A stretch of DNA of 60,897 nt, counting the filler. It is 5 parts of 5 records of this genome, joined end to end, with 100 filler letters (N's around TTAATTAATTAA, not from the genome) between each part and the next. Parts side by side here need not be neighbours in the genome. Positions count along the whole stretch, not along the records: positions 22,617 to 36,525 come from DRR723986_4570; positions 36,626 to 54,043 come from DRR723986_4610; 3 more parts are not named here. One strand, given 5' to 3'. Position numbers and translations under genes: made by a program. This document shows positions 35,669 to 45,312 of the stretch, piece after piece. Position 1 is the stretch's first letter. Each line of letters begins with the position of its first letter. A model generated the notes under the pieces. It saw nothing but the letters and a program-made list of their open reading frames with translations, was not told the origin of the DNA and searched no databases.

Positions 35669-36525
35669 CAGGCAGCGCGCCGCGCCTTTAGCGCGTCCCA
35701 ATCAGGCGCCCCGCTGACCGGGCCATAAAGCGCCAAAGCCATGGGGGCTGCACAGGCCATTTGGGCCGCCATCGCACGCACATCGGCCAGGGTGATGGCA
35801 TCAACCCGCGCAACCACCTCATCTAGATCGGGCACGCGCCCCCAGATTTGCAGCATGCGCGCCATACGTTCGGCCCGCGACGAGGGGCTTTCAAGCCCCA
35901 TCAGCATGCCGGCTTTCATCTGCGCCCGCGCGCGTGCGATTTCAGCCTCGCTCAGCGTATCGGCGGCGCGCTTGATCTCGTCTAGCGTCAGCAGCGCCAG
36001 ATCCCCCAGATCCTCGGCCGAGGTGCCGGCATAGATCGTCATCATGCCGGTATCGGAATAGGCGCCGGCCTGCGCAAAAATCGTGTAGCACAGCCCGCGC
36101 TTTTCGCGAATTTCCTGGAACAAACGGCTCGACATGCCGCCCCCCAGCGCACTGCCCAGAATTTGCGCGGTATAGATCGCGCTATCCGTCACCCCCGGCC
36201 CTTCAAAGGCCAGGGCAAAATGCGCCTGCTCTAGCGCCTTTTCCACGCGCATTTCCCCGCCCTGAAAGCGGGCGGGCACAAAGCTGGTGGGCGCCACGGG
36301 CGCCAAGGCGCCAAAAATATCTTCGGCCATGCGCACGATGGCATCGTGATCCACCGCGCCCGAGGCAGACAGCACCATTTGCCCCGGCGCATAATGCTGC
36401 GCCACAAAGGCCTGAAAATCGGCCTTGCCAAAGGCGCGCACACGTTCGGCCGGGCCCAAAATGGTGCGCCCGATGGGCTGATCTGGGTAGGCCTGTTCTT
36501 GCAGCCAGTCAAAGATCACATCATC
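35668..36525 (-). CDS. M16 family zinc peptidase, C-terminal part
   Basis: GRTILG, LEQAH, LGGGMSSRLFQEIREKRGLCY; 5' end lost at spacer. Confidence 0.9.
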   Translation of the reverse strand, partial: DDVIFDWLQEQAYPDQPIGRTILGPAERVRAFGKADFQAFVAQHYAPGQMVLSASGAVDHDAIVRMAEDIFGALAPVAPTSFVPARFQGGEMRVEKALEQAHFALAFEGPGVTDSAIYTAQILGSALGGGMSSRLFQEIREKRGLCYTIFAQAGAYSDTGMMTIYAGTSAEDLGDLALLTLDEIKRAADTLSEAEIARARAQMKAGMLMGLESPSSRAERMARMLQIWGRVPDLDEVVARVDAITLADVRAMAAQMACAAPMALALYGPVSGAPDWDALKARRAA

Positions 36526-36625
36526 NNNNNNNNNNNNNNNNNNNNNNNNNNNNNNNNNNNNNNNNNNNNTTAATTAATTAANNNNNNNNNNNNNNNNNNN
36601 NNNNNNNNNNNNNNNNNNNNNNNNN
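36526..36625. other. Artificial contig-joining spacer
   Basis: N44-TTAATTAATTAA-N44. Confidence 0.98.
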
Positions 36626-37885
36626 GACGCTTCAGCCTTTAACGAATTTGACGTTGTTCTGGGCACAACCGGCGCGCTGATTGGTCTGCCGGGGCTAAAC
36701 GCCAATACACTGGGTGATGTAAAAACAGAAACATGGTCCCTATTCGGTGATTTCAGTATCGACCTAGATGCCGCATTCGGCATGGATAGTAACCTGGAGC
36801 TGAACATCGGCGGTCGTTACACAGAAGATGAGCGTACATCAACCATTCTGCGGCGCACCTTCATTGGCGGCAATTCGGCAACCTTCGGCGGCAACGCCAC
36901 CCTGATTGCCACCACATCGGACTTTACCGGGAACGCAAAATATACAGACTTCTCGCCGCGCGCCAGTTTGTCATGGCAGCCTAATGATGACCAAACGCTG
37001 TATCTTTCTTATAGCCAAGGCTTCAAAGGCGGCAGTTTTGACCCGCGCGCTCAAAGCACGGCTGCGCCTGACCTCAACAATGACGGCGTAACGTCTGACG
37101 CAGAGATATTCCAGTTCATTAACTTTGATCCGGAACAGATCACCACCTATGAAGCCGGTGCCAAGTCAACTTGGGCAGAAGGTCGAGTTACAACAAACTT
37201 GGCTGTATTTTACAGTGACTACACCGATGTTCAGATACCGGGCTCTATCGGCGTTGACACCAACGGTGACGGCATCAATGACAGCTTCTCTGGTATCACG
37301 ACCAATGCTGGCGCAGCCGACTTCTTCGGTGTGGAATTTGAAGGCCGAGCCATATTGGCACAAGACGCCGGGGTGCAAGGCGATAGCATTGTGGCTGACT
37401 TCTCCCTTGGTTGGATTGATGCGGAGTATGACGAATTTATCGTTGCTGTAACAGACCCTGTTTCAGGCGTAACCACCCTTGAAGATGTTTCTAATCAGCG
37501 TGTTATCCAAAATACGCCGGAGTGGAGCACCAACCTGCGCATGACATACAACCGCCCCGCTGAATTGTTTGGCAGCGAGGGTACATTGTCTATTCTTGGT
37601 GGTTGGTCATACAAAAGCCTGACGCACCAGTTTGAGGTTTCAAACCAATTTTTGGATCAGCCGGGATACTCCCTGTTTGACGCCAGTATCGTTTGGACAT
37701 CAGATGATGGTCGTTATGAGTTCGGTGTGCACGGCAAAAACCTGACAGACACGGAATATAAGGTCGCTGGCTATAACTTTGCCACGGCAGACGGCACAGC
37801 GTCAACACTGGGCTTAGAGGGCATTGCATCCGCATTCTACGGCCCTCCCCTTACTGTTACTGCCGTACTTGGCATTCGGTTCTAA
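36626..37885 (+). CDS. TonB-dependent receptor, C-terminal part
   Basis: Frame open from contig start; GGRYTEDE, YSQGFKGG, YEAGAK, GKNLTD, terminal F. Confidence 0.9.
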   Translation, partial: DASAFNEFDVVLGTTGALIGLPGLNANTLGDVKTETWSLFGDFSIDLDAAFGMDSNLELNIGGRYTEDERTSTILRRTFIGGNSATFGGNATLIATTSDFTGNAKYTDFSPRASLSWQPNDDQTLYLSYSQGFKGGSFDPRAQSTAAPDLNNDGVTSDAEIFQFINFDPEQITTYEAGAKSTWAEGRVTTNLAVFYSDYTDVQIPGSIGVDTNGDGINDSFSGITTNAGAADFFGVEFEGRAILAQDAGVQGDSIVADFSLGWIDAEYDEFIVAVTDPVSGVTTLEDVSNQRVIQNTPEWSTNLRMTYNRPAELFGSEGTLSILGGWSYKSLTHQFEVSNQFLDQPGYSLFDASIVWTSDDGRYEFGVHGKNLTDTEYKVAGYNFATADGTASTLGLEGIASAFYGPPLTVTAVLGIRF

Positions 37886-38000
37886 CCATTAAAAACTGCG
37901 CCATTGGCGCATGTGGTCGGAGGTTTCCCCAGCAAATTTACTGCTTCCTCCGACCACCTGATAAGCCACAAAGTTATGCCACTTTTCAAAGGATCATCAA

Positions 38001-39536
38001 ATGACTGCATTTGATAGCCATGCTCCTTTATTGCCGGAAATCCTGTCATTGCACGGCAAATGGAAAGGCAAAAAGCCTGCGCTGGTCTGCGGCGAAGAAA
38101 CCCTTTCATGGGCCAATTTTGACAAAGCCACAAACCAAATTGCCAATGGGTTAATCGCAAACGGCATTGGTAACGGCAAAACTGTTGGCGTGCTTATGAA
38201 CAATAGCCGAGAAATGGTTGAGGCTCTTGTCGGCATTATGAAATCAGGCGCATGTTCTGTGCCGCTGAATACGTCTGTCTCAAATGAGGCTATAGGTGCA
38301 ATGCTAGACGACGCCGGTGTTGCAGCGATTTTTTTAAGCACCGACCAGCATGACCGCATTTCTGACTATTTAGCTGGTAAACCAAACTTGCTTGCAGTGG
38401 TTGAAGGCGCAGAATTTGAAACTTTCAAAGCAAATGTAAGTGGTACTGATCCCGCTATCATAATTAAAGCAAACGACCCCCTTAATATTATCTATAGCTC
38501 TGGTACCACTGGCGCACCAAAGGGCATTGTCCAAACCCATGGTGGCCGGCGCGATTGGGCCTATGACCTGTGTATTGCGCTCAGGTACACCAGTGCATCT
38601 CGCACCCTGTTCACTATTGGTCTATACTCAAACATCAGCTGGGTGGGTATGCTGTGCACTCTGCTCGCTGGCGGGACAATGATTGTGCAGCCAAGTTTTG
38701 ATGCGGTTTCGGCGTTAACCGACATTCAAAAACAGAAAATTACCAACTTTGCCATGGTGCCCATTCAGCTTCAGCGCTTGCTTGAAGCCCCCGACAGCGA
38801 TAGCTTTGACCTACGCAGTGTTCAGGCAATAATGAGCTGCGGATCCCCTTTGTTTGCGGACCTAAAAGAAAAGCTATTTCAAAGATTTGGCGATACAACA
38901 GTGATCGAGTTATTTGGTTTAACCGAAGGCATCATCACTACATTAGACCCTGAAGAAGCCACTGGCAGAATGGCGTCTGTCGGAAAGCCACTGATCGGCA
39001 CGGACATTAAAATAATCGGTGATGATGACCAAGAAGTACCTAACGGCCAATCCGGCGAAATTGTTGGCATTGGCCGCATTATCATGCCCGCCTACCTCAA
39101 CCGCCCTGATGCCACCAAAGAGGCCACTTGGACCGCCCCTGACGGCAAAGGATGGCTGCGCACTGGCGACATTGGTCAACTGGACGAAGATGGTTACCTA
39201 TATGTAGTTGACCGCAAGAAAGACATGATTTTGTCCGGCGGGCAAAATATCTACCCACAGGATATTGAAGCGGTTTTGATAACCCACCCGCAGGTTAACG
39301 ACGTTGCGGTTATTGGTATACCCAGCGAAAAGTGGGGCGAAACACCGCTTGCTATCGTTGTGCTGGAACAAGGATGCAACCCGGACTGTGACGAAATACG
39401 CAGTTGGACCAACGCCAAAGTTGGTAAACAACAAAGACTGGCGGGGCTTATTTTCGCAGAAAGCTTGCCAAGAAACCCAAATGGCAAAATACTGAAGCGC
39501 GAACTTAGAGAGAAATATCGCGGCTGGGAAAACTAA
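38001..39536 (+). CDS. AMP-dependent acyl-CoA ligase
   Basis: YSSGTTGAPKG, FGLTE, RTGDIG, DRKKDMILSGG, PRNPNGK. Confidence 0.92.
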   Translation: MTAFDSHAPLLPEILSLHGKWKGKKPALVCGEETLSWANFDKATNQIANGLIANGIGNGKTVGVLMNNSREMVEALVGIMKSGACSVPLNTSVSNEAIGAMLDDAGVAAIFLSTDQHDRISDYLAGKPNLLAVVEGAEFETFKANVSGTDPAIIIKANDPLNIIYSSGTTGAPKGIVQTHGGRRDWAYDLCIALRYTSASRTLFTIGLYSNISWVGMLCTLLAGGTMIVQPSFDAVSALTDIQKQKITNFAMVPIQLQRLLEAPDSDSFDLRSVQAIMSCGSPLFADLKEKLFQRFGDTTVIELFGLTEGIITTLDPEEATGRMASVGKPLIGTDIKIIGDDDQEVPNGQSGEIVGIGRIIMPAYLNRPDATKEATWTAPDGKGWLRTGDIGQLDEDGYLYVVDRKKDMILSGGQNIYPQDIEAVLITHPQVNDVAVIGIPSEKWGETPLAIVVLEQGCNPDCDEIRSWTNAKVGKQQRLAGLIFAESLPRNPNGKILKRELREKYRGWEN

Positions 39537-39563
39537 AAGTCGCCCAAATTAAGGAATCGGCAT

Positions 39564-40424
39564 ATGGCTGACTATACCAGTGAGTTTTTCACCAATACAG
39601 ATGGCCTTAGGCAGCATTACCGCGACTATAACACCGCCCCGGAGGGCGCGCCCACAGTACTGTGCATGGCAGGGTTAACCCGCAATTCCAATGACTTCCA
39701 GTATATTGCGGACCACTTAGCAGACCGATGCAGGCTCATTTGTGTGGAACAGCGCGGTCGCGGTCAATCTGACTGGGACCCCGAGCCCACCCGGTATTCG
39801 CCGGTAACGTATGTGGGGGACATGATGACGCTTCTTGAGCATCTGGGGCTAAAATCCGTCATTACCGTTGGTACCTCGCTGGGCGGTTTGATGACAATTA
39901 TGATGAATGCCATGCACCCCGGTGTGATCAAAGCCGCGGTCATCAATGACATTGGGCCGGAGATTGATCCAGCCGGTATCGCGCGGATCAAATCTTATGT
40001 GGGTGTTGGCACCCCGCCGGCCACCTGGCCAGAAGCCTTTGCCGCCGTGAAAGCCGCCAACCCGAATGTTTACCCCAATTTTGACGATGAAGACTGGGAG
40101 CATTTTACCAAGCTTTTATTCGCCGACGAGAACGGCAAACCCGTCGCGCAATACGACCCCGCTATTCGGCAAAATTTCGATAGCGAAGACGACCAGTCAG
40201 CCCCCGATTTATGGCCTTTTTTCGCACTGATGCATACAGTGCCCACGGTGGTTCTCAGGGGTGCTTTGTCGGATATTCTGGCGGCGGATACGCTGGAGCG
40301 AATGGCACGAGAGCACCCCGACCTTGTTGCTGTCACCGTGCCAGATGTAGGCCATGTGCCGCTTATGAAAGAAGCGATTGTGCACAACGCAATTGATGAT
40401 TTGATCGGGCGCTTTCTCCCATAA
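39564..40424 (+). CDS. Alpha/beta hydrolase
   Basis: GLTRNS, RGRGQSD, GTSLGG nucleophile elbow, GHVP. Confidence 0.9.
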   Translation: MADYTSEFFTNTDGLRQHYRDYNTAPEGAPTVLCMAGLTRNSNDFQYIADHLADRCRLICVEQRGRGQSDWDPEPTRYSPVTYVGDMMTLLEHLGLKSVITVGTSLGGLMTIMMNAMHPGVIKAAVINDIGPEIDPAGIARIKSYVGVGTPPATWPEAFAAVKAANPNVYPNFDDEDWEHFTKLLFADENGKPVAQYDPAIRQNFDSEDDQSAPDLWPFFALMHTVPTVVLRGALSDILAADTLERMAREHPDLVAVTVPDVGHVPLMKEAIVHNAIDDLIGRFLP

Positions 40425-40604
40425 AGCCCGCATATTTAAGAAAATACCCGCAAAAATTAGAGATAAACTCGGTAAAATCAGAACCAAACTGACTATTTTC
40501 AGAAAAAGCTGATCAATTTCATCGCAGCATTCTCCTTTTTTCTGGACAGTTTCATTTGCCTGTGGCATCGCTTTCGCTTGAAATATAGTTACTAAGGCAG
40601 CGCC

Positions 40605-41843
40605 GTGAACGAAATTAAATTACCCAAATCTGAAACACTCCCCATTTCAGCCGATGATGTTTATGCAGCCGAAAAAGCGATTGCGAATTCTGTTATTCGC
40701 ACGCCGTTAAACCATTCAATCACCCTGTCAGCTATCACGGGGGCGAAATGCTACCTGAAGTTCGAGATTTTTCAGTTTACCGCTGCTTATAAAGAACGCG
40801 GCGCGCTCAACCGCCTATTATCGCTGCCCAAAAATACCAAGGGTGTGATAGCAGCCTCTGCTGGCAATCATGCACAGGGCATCAGCTATCATGCAGGACG
40901 CCTGGGCATACCAGCCACCATTGTCATGCCCGAAGGTACACCGTTTAATAAGGTCAAGCGCACTGAGGAACTGGGAGCAAATGTGGTGCTTACCGGCGCT
41001 GATTTTGAGGCGGCAACCCAAGCGGCCTACACATTGGCGGACGCTGAAAACCTCACCTATGTTCACCCTTTCGATGACCCACTGGTGATGGCAGGCCAAG
41101 GAACCGTGGGCCTTGAGATGATGGAGGACCAACCTGATCTGGAAACACTCGTGGTACCCATTGGTGGTGGCGGGTTAATTTCAGGCATTGCAACCATCGC
41201 CAAACATATCAACCCAAACATTCGCATCGTTGGGGTGCAAACTGAAGCCTTCCCGGCCATGAAAGAGCGGGTGGATGGCACCCAGTTGGCTGGCGACAAC
41301 ATTTCGATCGCCGAAGGCATCGCAGTGAATAAGCCGGGCGATCGCACCCAAATGGTTGTCGAACAGCTGGTTGATGAAATTGTCACCGTGTCCGAGCGCC
41401 AAATTGAAAAGGCACTGGTCACATTAATGGAAATTGAAAAGGTCATCGTTGAGGGCGCAGGCGCAATCAGTCTAGCGGCCGTCATGCAATATCCTGACCT
41501 TTTCAAAGGCCAAAAGGTGGGCATGGTGCTGTCGGGCGGTAACATTGACAGCCGAATGCTGGCCAGTGCAATCATGCGCGGCATGGCGCGGGATGGTCGT
41601 TTGGGGCGCCTTCGCATCACCATGATGGATCAACCGGGTGCACTAGCAACCGTTACAGAGATTGTTGCCAAAATCGGCACCAACATCATCGAAATGCGCC
41701 ACCACCGGGAGTTTGGGGCGATCTCACTGAAGCAAACTGAAATGGAATTGGTGATCGAAGCCAAGGACGGAGACCATGCCCAAAGCCTTGTTAATGCACT
41801 AGAAGACGCAGGCTTTAAAGTGGATTACGCCAAGACAGTTTAA
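40605..41843 (+). CDS. ilvA: Threonine ammonia-lyase with C-terminal ACT domain
   Basis: YKERGA PLP lysine, ASAGNHAQG, PIGGGGLISG, LSGGNID, DQPGAL. Confidence 0.88.
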   Translation: MNEIKLPKSETLPISADDVYAAEKAIANSVIRTPLNHSITLSAITGAKCYLKFEIFQFTAAYKERGALNRLLSLPKNTKGVIAASAGNHAQGISYHAGRLGIPATIVMPEGTPFNKVKRTEELGANVVLTGADFEAATQAAYTLADAENLTYVHPFDDPLVMAGQGTVGLEMMEDQPDLETLVVPIGGGGLISGIATIAKHINPNIRIVGVQTEAFPAMKERVDGTQLAGDNISIAEGIAVNKPGDRTQMVVEQLVDEIVTVSERQIEKALVTLMEIEKVIVEGAGAISLAAVMQYPDLFKGQKVGMVLSGGNIDSRMLASAIMRGMARDGRLGRLRITMMDQPGALATVTEIVAKIGTNIIEMRHHREFGAISLKQTEMELVIEAKDGDHAQSLVNALEDAGFKVDYAKTV

Positions 41844-41963
41844 ACGAAAAAGTCAGTTCCCCCTTGCGTCTTAGGCGCTTCACGCTGTATAGGGAGGCAC
41901 GCGCAACCTCCAAGCCACAATGGCTTGACCTTTTTTTTTAACACGCGCACAAGGATTTATATA

Positions 41964-42173
41964 ATGGCTAACGGCACAGTAAAATGGTTTAATTCCGCAA
42001 AAGGTTATGGCTTCATTCAGCCTGAAGACGGCGGCAACGATGTATTTGTACACATCTCAGCAGTAGAAGCAGCGGGCCTTTCTGGCTTGAACGACGATCA
42101 GAAAGTTTCTTACGAACTTGAAACTGGCCGTAACGGCAAGACATCAGCATGCGACCTTAAGCTGGCTGACTAA
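41964..42173 (+). CDS. cspA: Cold-shock protein
   Basis: GTVKWFNSAKGYGFI, DVFVHISA. Confidence 0.93.
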   Translation: MANGTVKWFNSAKGYGFIQPEDGGNDVFVHISAVEAAGLSGLNDDQKVSYELETGRNGKTSACDLKLAD

Positions 42174-42196
42174 AAGTTCAATTTCATGACTTTTGG

Positions 42197-42225
42197 AAAG
42201 GCTCGGTTTTACCGAGCCTTTTTTT
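42197..42225 (+). terminator. Intrinsic terminator
   Basis: AAAGGCTCGGT-TTT-ACCGAGCCTTT followed by a T run. Confidence 0.8.
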
Positions 42226-42282
42226 ATGGCAAGCTTGCAAAGGCCTCAAAAACATATGCTGGCCCATAGTCGTCTCTTTTTC

Positions 42283-44379
42283 CTACCAAATCCTTACACG
42301 GTCCTCTGGGGCGAGCCACATCTGGTCGCCCTCTTTCACATCAAAGGCAGCGTAAAACTCGTCCATGTTGCGGGCCATACCGTTCACCCGCAGGTACATA
42401 GGGCTGTGCGGTGCCGAAAGCAGGCGTTGACGCAGGCTTTCTTCCGTACGCTTATACCGCCGCCCTTGCGACCGTCCCAGGAAGAAGCGCTGCGCACCAG
42501 TGAAACCGTCTAAAACAGGCGCTTCCTCACCGCCGAGTGAGCGCTCCCAAGCATGATAGGCCACAATCATGCCTGCAAGGTCGCCGATGTTCTCGCCCAG
42601 TGTCTGCCTGCCATTAACATTCAGGCCCGGTAACGGCTCGTACTGATCAAACTGTGCGGCAAAACCATCACCCAGCACATTAAAGGCCGCCCTGTCTTCT
42701 TCAGACCACCATGCCTGCAACACGCCGTCCCCGTCATATTTAGAGCCTTGATCATCAAAACCGTGACCAATTTCATGGCCGATAATGCTACCCAGTGCAC
42801 CGTAGTTCAGCGCCGAGTCAGCGTTCGGGTCAAACAAGGGAGACTGAATATATCCCGCCGGAATAAAGGCTTCATTGCGCGCTGGGCTATAGAAAGCATT
42901 CACGGTTTGCGGGCCCGTGAACCATTCTTGCTTGTCAACCGGCTTGCCAAGGCGTGCCAAATCTTGCGCATGGTCAAACTGGCGGTAGGCAACCACATTG
43001 TCCATCAGGCTTTCGCGGCCAATATTCAGCGCGGTATAGTCCCGCCATTTATCCGGGTAGGCAATTTTGGCGTTAATTTTAGCCAGTTTGGTGCGTGCTG
43101 CCACTTTGGTTTCAGCGCTCATCCAGGTAAGGGTATCAATGCGTTCGCCCAATTCAGCACGGATATTTTCAAACATCTCGCCCACCAGGCGCTTGGACTC
43201 AGCGGGAAAAAAGCGGTCGATATATATTTCACCAACAGCTTGGTCCAGCGTGCGGTTTACATAGTTAATCGCCCGGTCTTCACGGCTGCGCTGTTCTTTC
43301 TGGCCGCGTAGTACAGTGCCAAAAAAGGCAAAGCGTTCCTCGGCAATATCATCAGATAAAAACGGCGCATGGGCAGCCACCACATGAAAAGTTAAATAGT
43401 CTTTCCATGTAGCAACTGACGTGTCAGCAAACAGTTTCGCCATGCCAGGAAAGGCCTCTTTTTCGCGGACAATAATTTGCTCCACACCGTCAACACCGTA
43501 TGAAGCCAGCGCCTCGCCCCACGGAAAACCCGGGGCATAGTTCGCAAGTTCAGCCACTGTCATGGCATTATAGGTACGATCTGCATTGCGGCGCTCCGCG
43601 CGCGACCAATGATTTGATGCAATGGCCTTTTCCAGTGCAAATACAGCTTCAGCACGCACACGTGCTTCATCGTAGGCCAAGCGGTTAAAAACAGTTTCCA
43701 TATAGTCGGTGTAAGCAGCGCGCAATGTGGCCAATCGTTCACTATCGCGCTCGTAATAGCTTTTGTCTGGCAAGGCTGTGCCTGCGTGGGTTGCATACAC
43801 CGCATAGTCTGTGGGTTTCTTGGAATCGATATTGATGAACAAGCCAAACAGTGACCGCGCCCCTAAATCATCTGCCATCATGGCTTCGGCGACGCCTGTA
43901 TGCGTACTGATGGCGCTCACACGGGCCAACATTGGCTGCAATGGGTCCATCCCTGCAGCATTAATTGCCTCTAGGTTCATATAAGCGGCATAAAGGTCAC
44001 TTATTTTTTGGTCATTACTGCCAGCCGTGACTTTTTTGGCCTGAAGGTCAGCAATAATGGTTTTGATACGATCATCGTTACGATCGAGCATAATTTGCGA
44101 AAAGCCAACACCGCTTCTGTCTCCCGGTATTTCTGTGGCTGCGAGCCAACCACCATTGGCAAATTGAAATAGATCGTCCTGCGGGCGGGTTGTCCGGTCC
44201 AGCGCATCCAGAGGATAGCCCCAAGGTTCAATCACCGGCTTTGCAGTTTCTGCCAATACAGTTGCGCCTTCTTGTGTAGTGTCTGCTGTATTATCTGCGC
44301 TGCAGGCTGAAAGCACGGTCGCCAAGCCCCCCGCCATTGCAATTGCTTTAACCACTTTCATAGATTTACTGTATGCCAT
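42283..44379 (-). CDS. M13 family metallopeptidase (PepO/neprilysin-like), lipoprotein
   Basis: LSAC lipobox, VNAFY, HEIGHGFDD, GENIGD. Confidence 0.92.
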   Translation of the reverse strand: MAYSKSMKVVKAIAMAGGLATVLSACSADNTADTTQEGATVLAETAKPVIEPWGYPLDALDRTTRPQDDLFQFANGGWLAATEIPGDRSGVGFSQIMLDRNDDRIKTIIADLQAKKVTAGSNDQKISDLYAAYMNLEAINAAGMDPLQPMLARVSAISTHTGVAEAMMADDLGARSLFGLFINIDSKKPTDYAVYATHAGTALPDKSYYERDSERLATLRAAYTDYMETVFNRLAYDEARVRAEAVFALEKAIASNHWSRAERRNADRTYNAMTVAELANYAPGFPWGEALASYGVDGVEQIIVREKEAFPGMAKLFADTSVATWKDYLTFHVVAAHAPFLSDDIAEERFAFFGTVLRGQKEQRSREDRAINYVNRTLDQAVGEIYIDRFFPAESKRLVGEMFENIRAELGERIDTLTWMSAETKVAARTKLAKINAKIAYPDKWRDYTALNIGRESLMDNVVAYRQFDHAQDLARLGKPVDKQEWFTGPQTVNAFYSPARNEAFIPAGYIQSPLFDPNADSALNYGALGSIIGHEIGHGFDDQGSKYDGDGVLQAWWSEEDRAAFNVLGDGFAAQFDQYEPLPGLNVNGRQTLGENIGDLAGMIVAYHAWERSLGGEEAPVLDGFTGAQRFFLGRSQGRRYKRTEESLRQRLLSAPHSPMYLRVNGMARNMDEFYAAFDVKEGDQMWLAPEDRVRIW

Positions 44380-44562
44380 TTTGCCCTGCTCCCCGTATAA
44401 CATTCTCAAAAGACTATAACCGCACAATTGCCTAGCATAAAGCGAGGATATGCGGTGCGATATTAAACTGAAATTATAGTGTGCTGCGCGTGAAAAGTAA
44501 GATATTGGTCGCCGAAAGGTTCGACACCCGCGGTTAATGGAATGAACAAGAAAAAAAGTGCG

Positions 44563-45246
44563 TTAATTCACCGATGTTTGCGAATGAACGGTTTGTAACT
44601 GCGAGAACCGAGTGTTCAAATCATCACAATCACCGGCAGATTCATCTTTACAGTTTTTCAGAAGTTTCCTTATGCGCTTCATTTGCTTTTCCGCTTTACG
44701 CAAATTGCCGCTTTGCAACTCAAGCATCGAATAATCAACGCGCGCATCCACATTTTTTGGGTTAATTTTTATCGCCTTACGCATAGACACTTTCGCGCTT
44801 TTCGTTTTGCCTTGGCGCGATTGCGATATACCCCGCATATAATATATCGCTGAAAGGCGTTTTCGTTCGATAAGTGTCCGATATGAGAATATAGGCCTGT
44901 TGGCACCTAAAATATCATCACCAAATATTTTTAAGTTCTGAGTATCCAGAAGTTCATTATTGGCAGTTTGTTTCAGGGCGCTAGAAAATTTTAACTCGGC
45001 TAATTCATAATCACCCTTCATGTAGGCAGAGAAACCTTCATCAAGAACTTTGCTCAGCTGCCTCAAGAGGCGATGACCGTGTACCTCAATTTCAGTTTCG
45101 ACATTCGTATCTAACTCTTGTGCCGCTATGTCAGTTGGATTAGCTGACATTGCATGGGCCATCACCGCCGAAAGAGATAGTGCACCAGCGAAAAGGAGGC
45201 TCACCAATTTTCTAGAATGCCTTATAGCCTTACTCCTAGTCTTCAA
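44563..45246 (-). CDS. Secreted TPR-like protein
   Basis: Signal peptide; YYMRG..., AIKINPKNVDA TPR-like helices; AT-richer than neighbours. Confidence 0.6.
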   Translation of the reverse strand: MKTRSKAIRHSRKLVSLLFAGALSLSAVMAHAMSANPTDIAAQELDTNVETEIEVHGHRLLRQLSKVLDEGFSAYMKGDYELAELKFSSALKQTANNELLDTQNLKIFGDDILGANRPIFSYRTLIERKRLSAIYYMRGISQSRQGKTKSAKVSMRKAIKINPKNVDARVDYSMLELQSGNLRKAEKQMKRIRKLLKNCKDESAGDCDDLNTRFSQLQTVHSQTSVN

Positions 45247-45312
45247 TAGATCAAGGATAGCGACAACATCACACTATTTCAAGATTCCTACATTTAGCCA
45301 GGCAGTTCCCTA

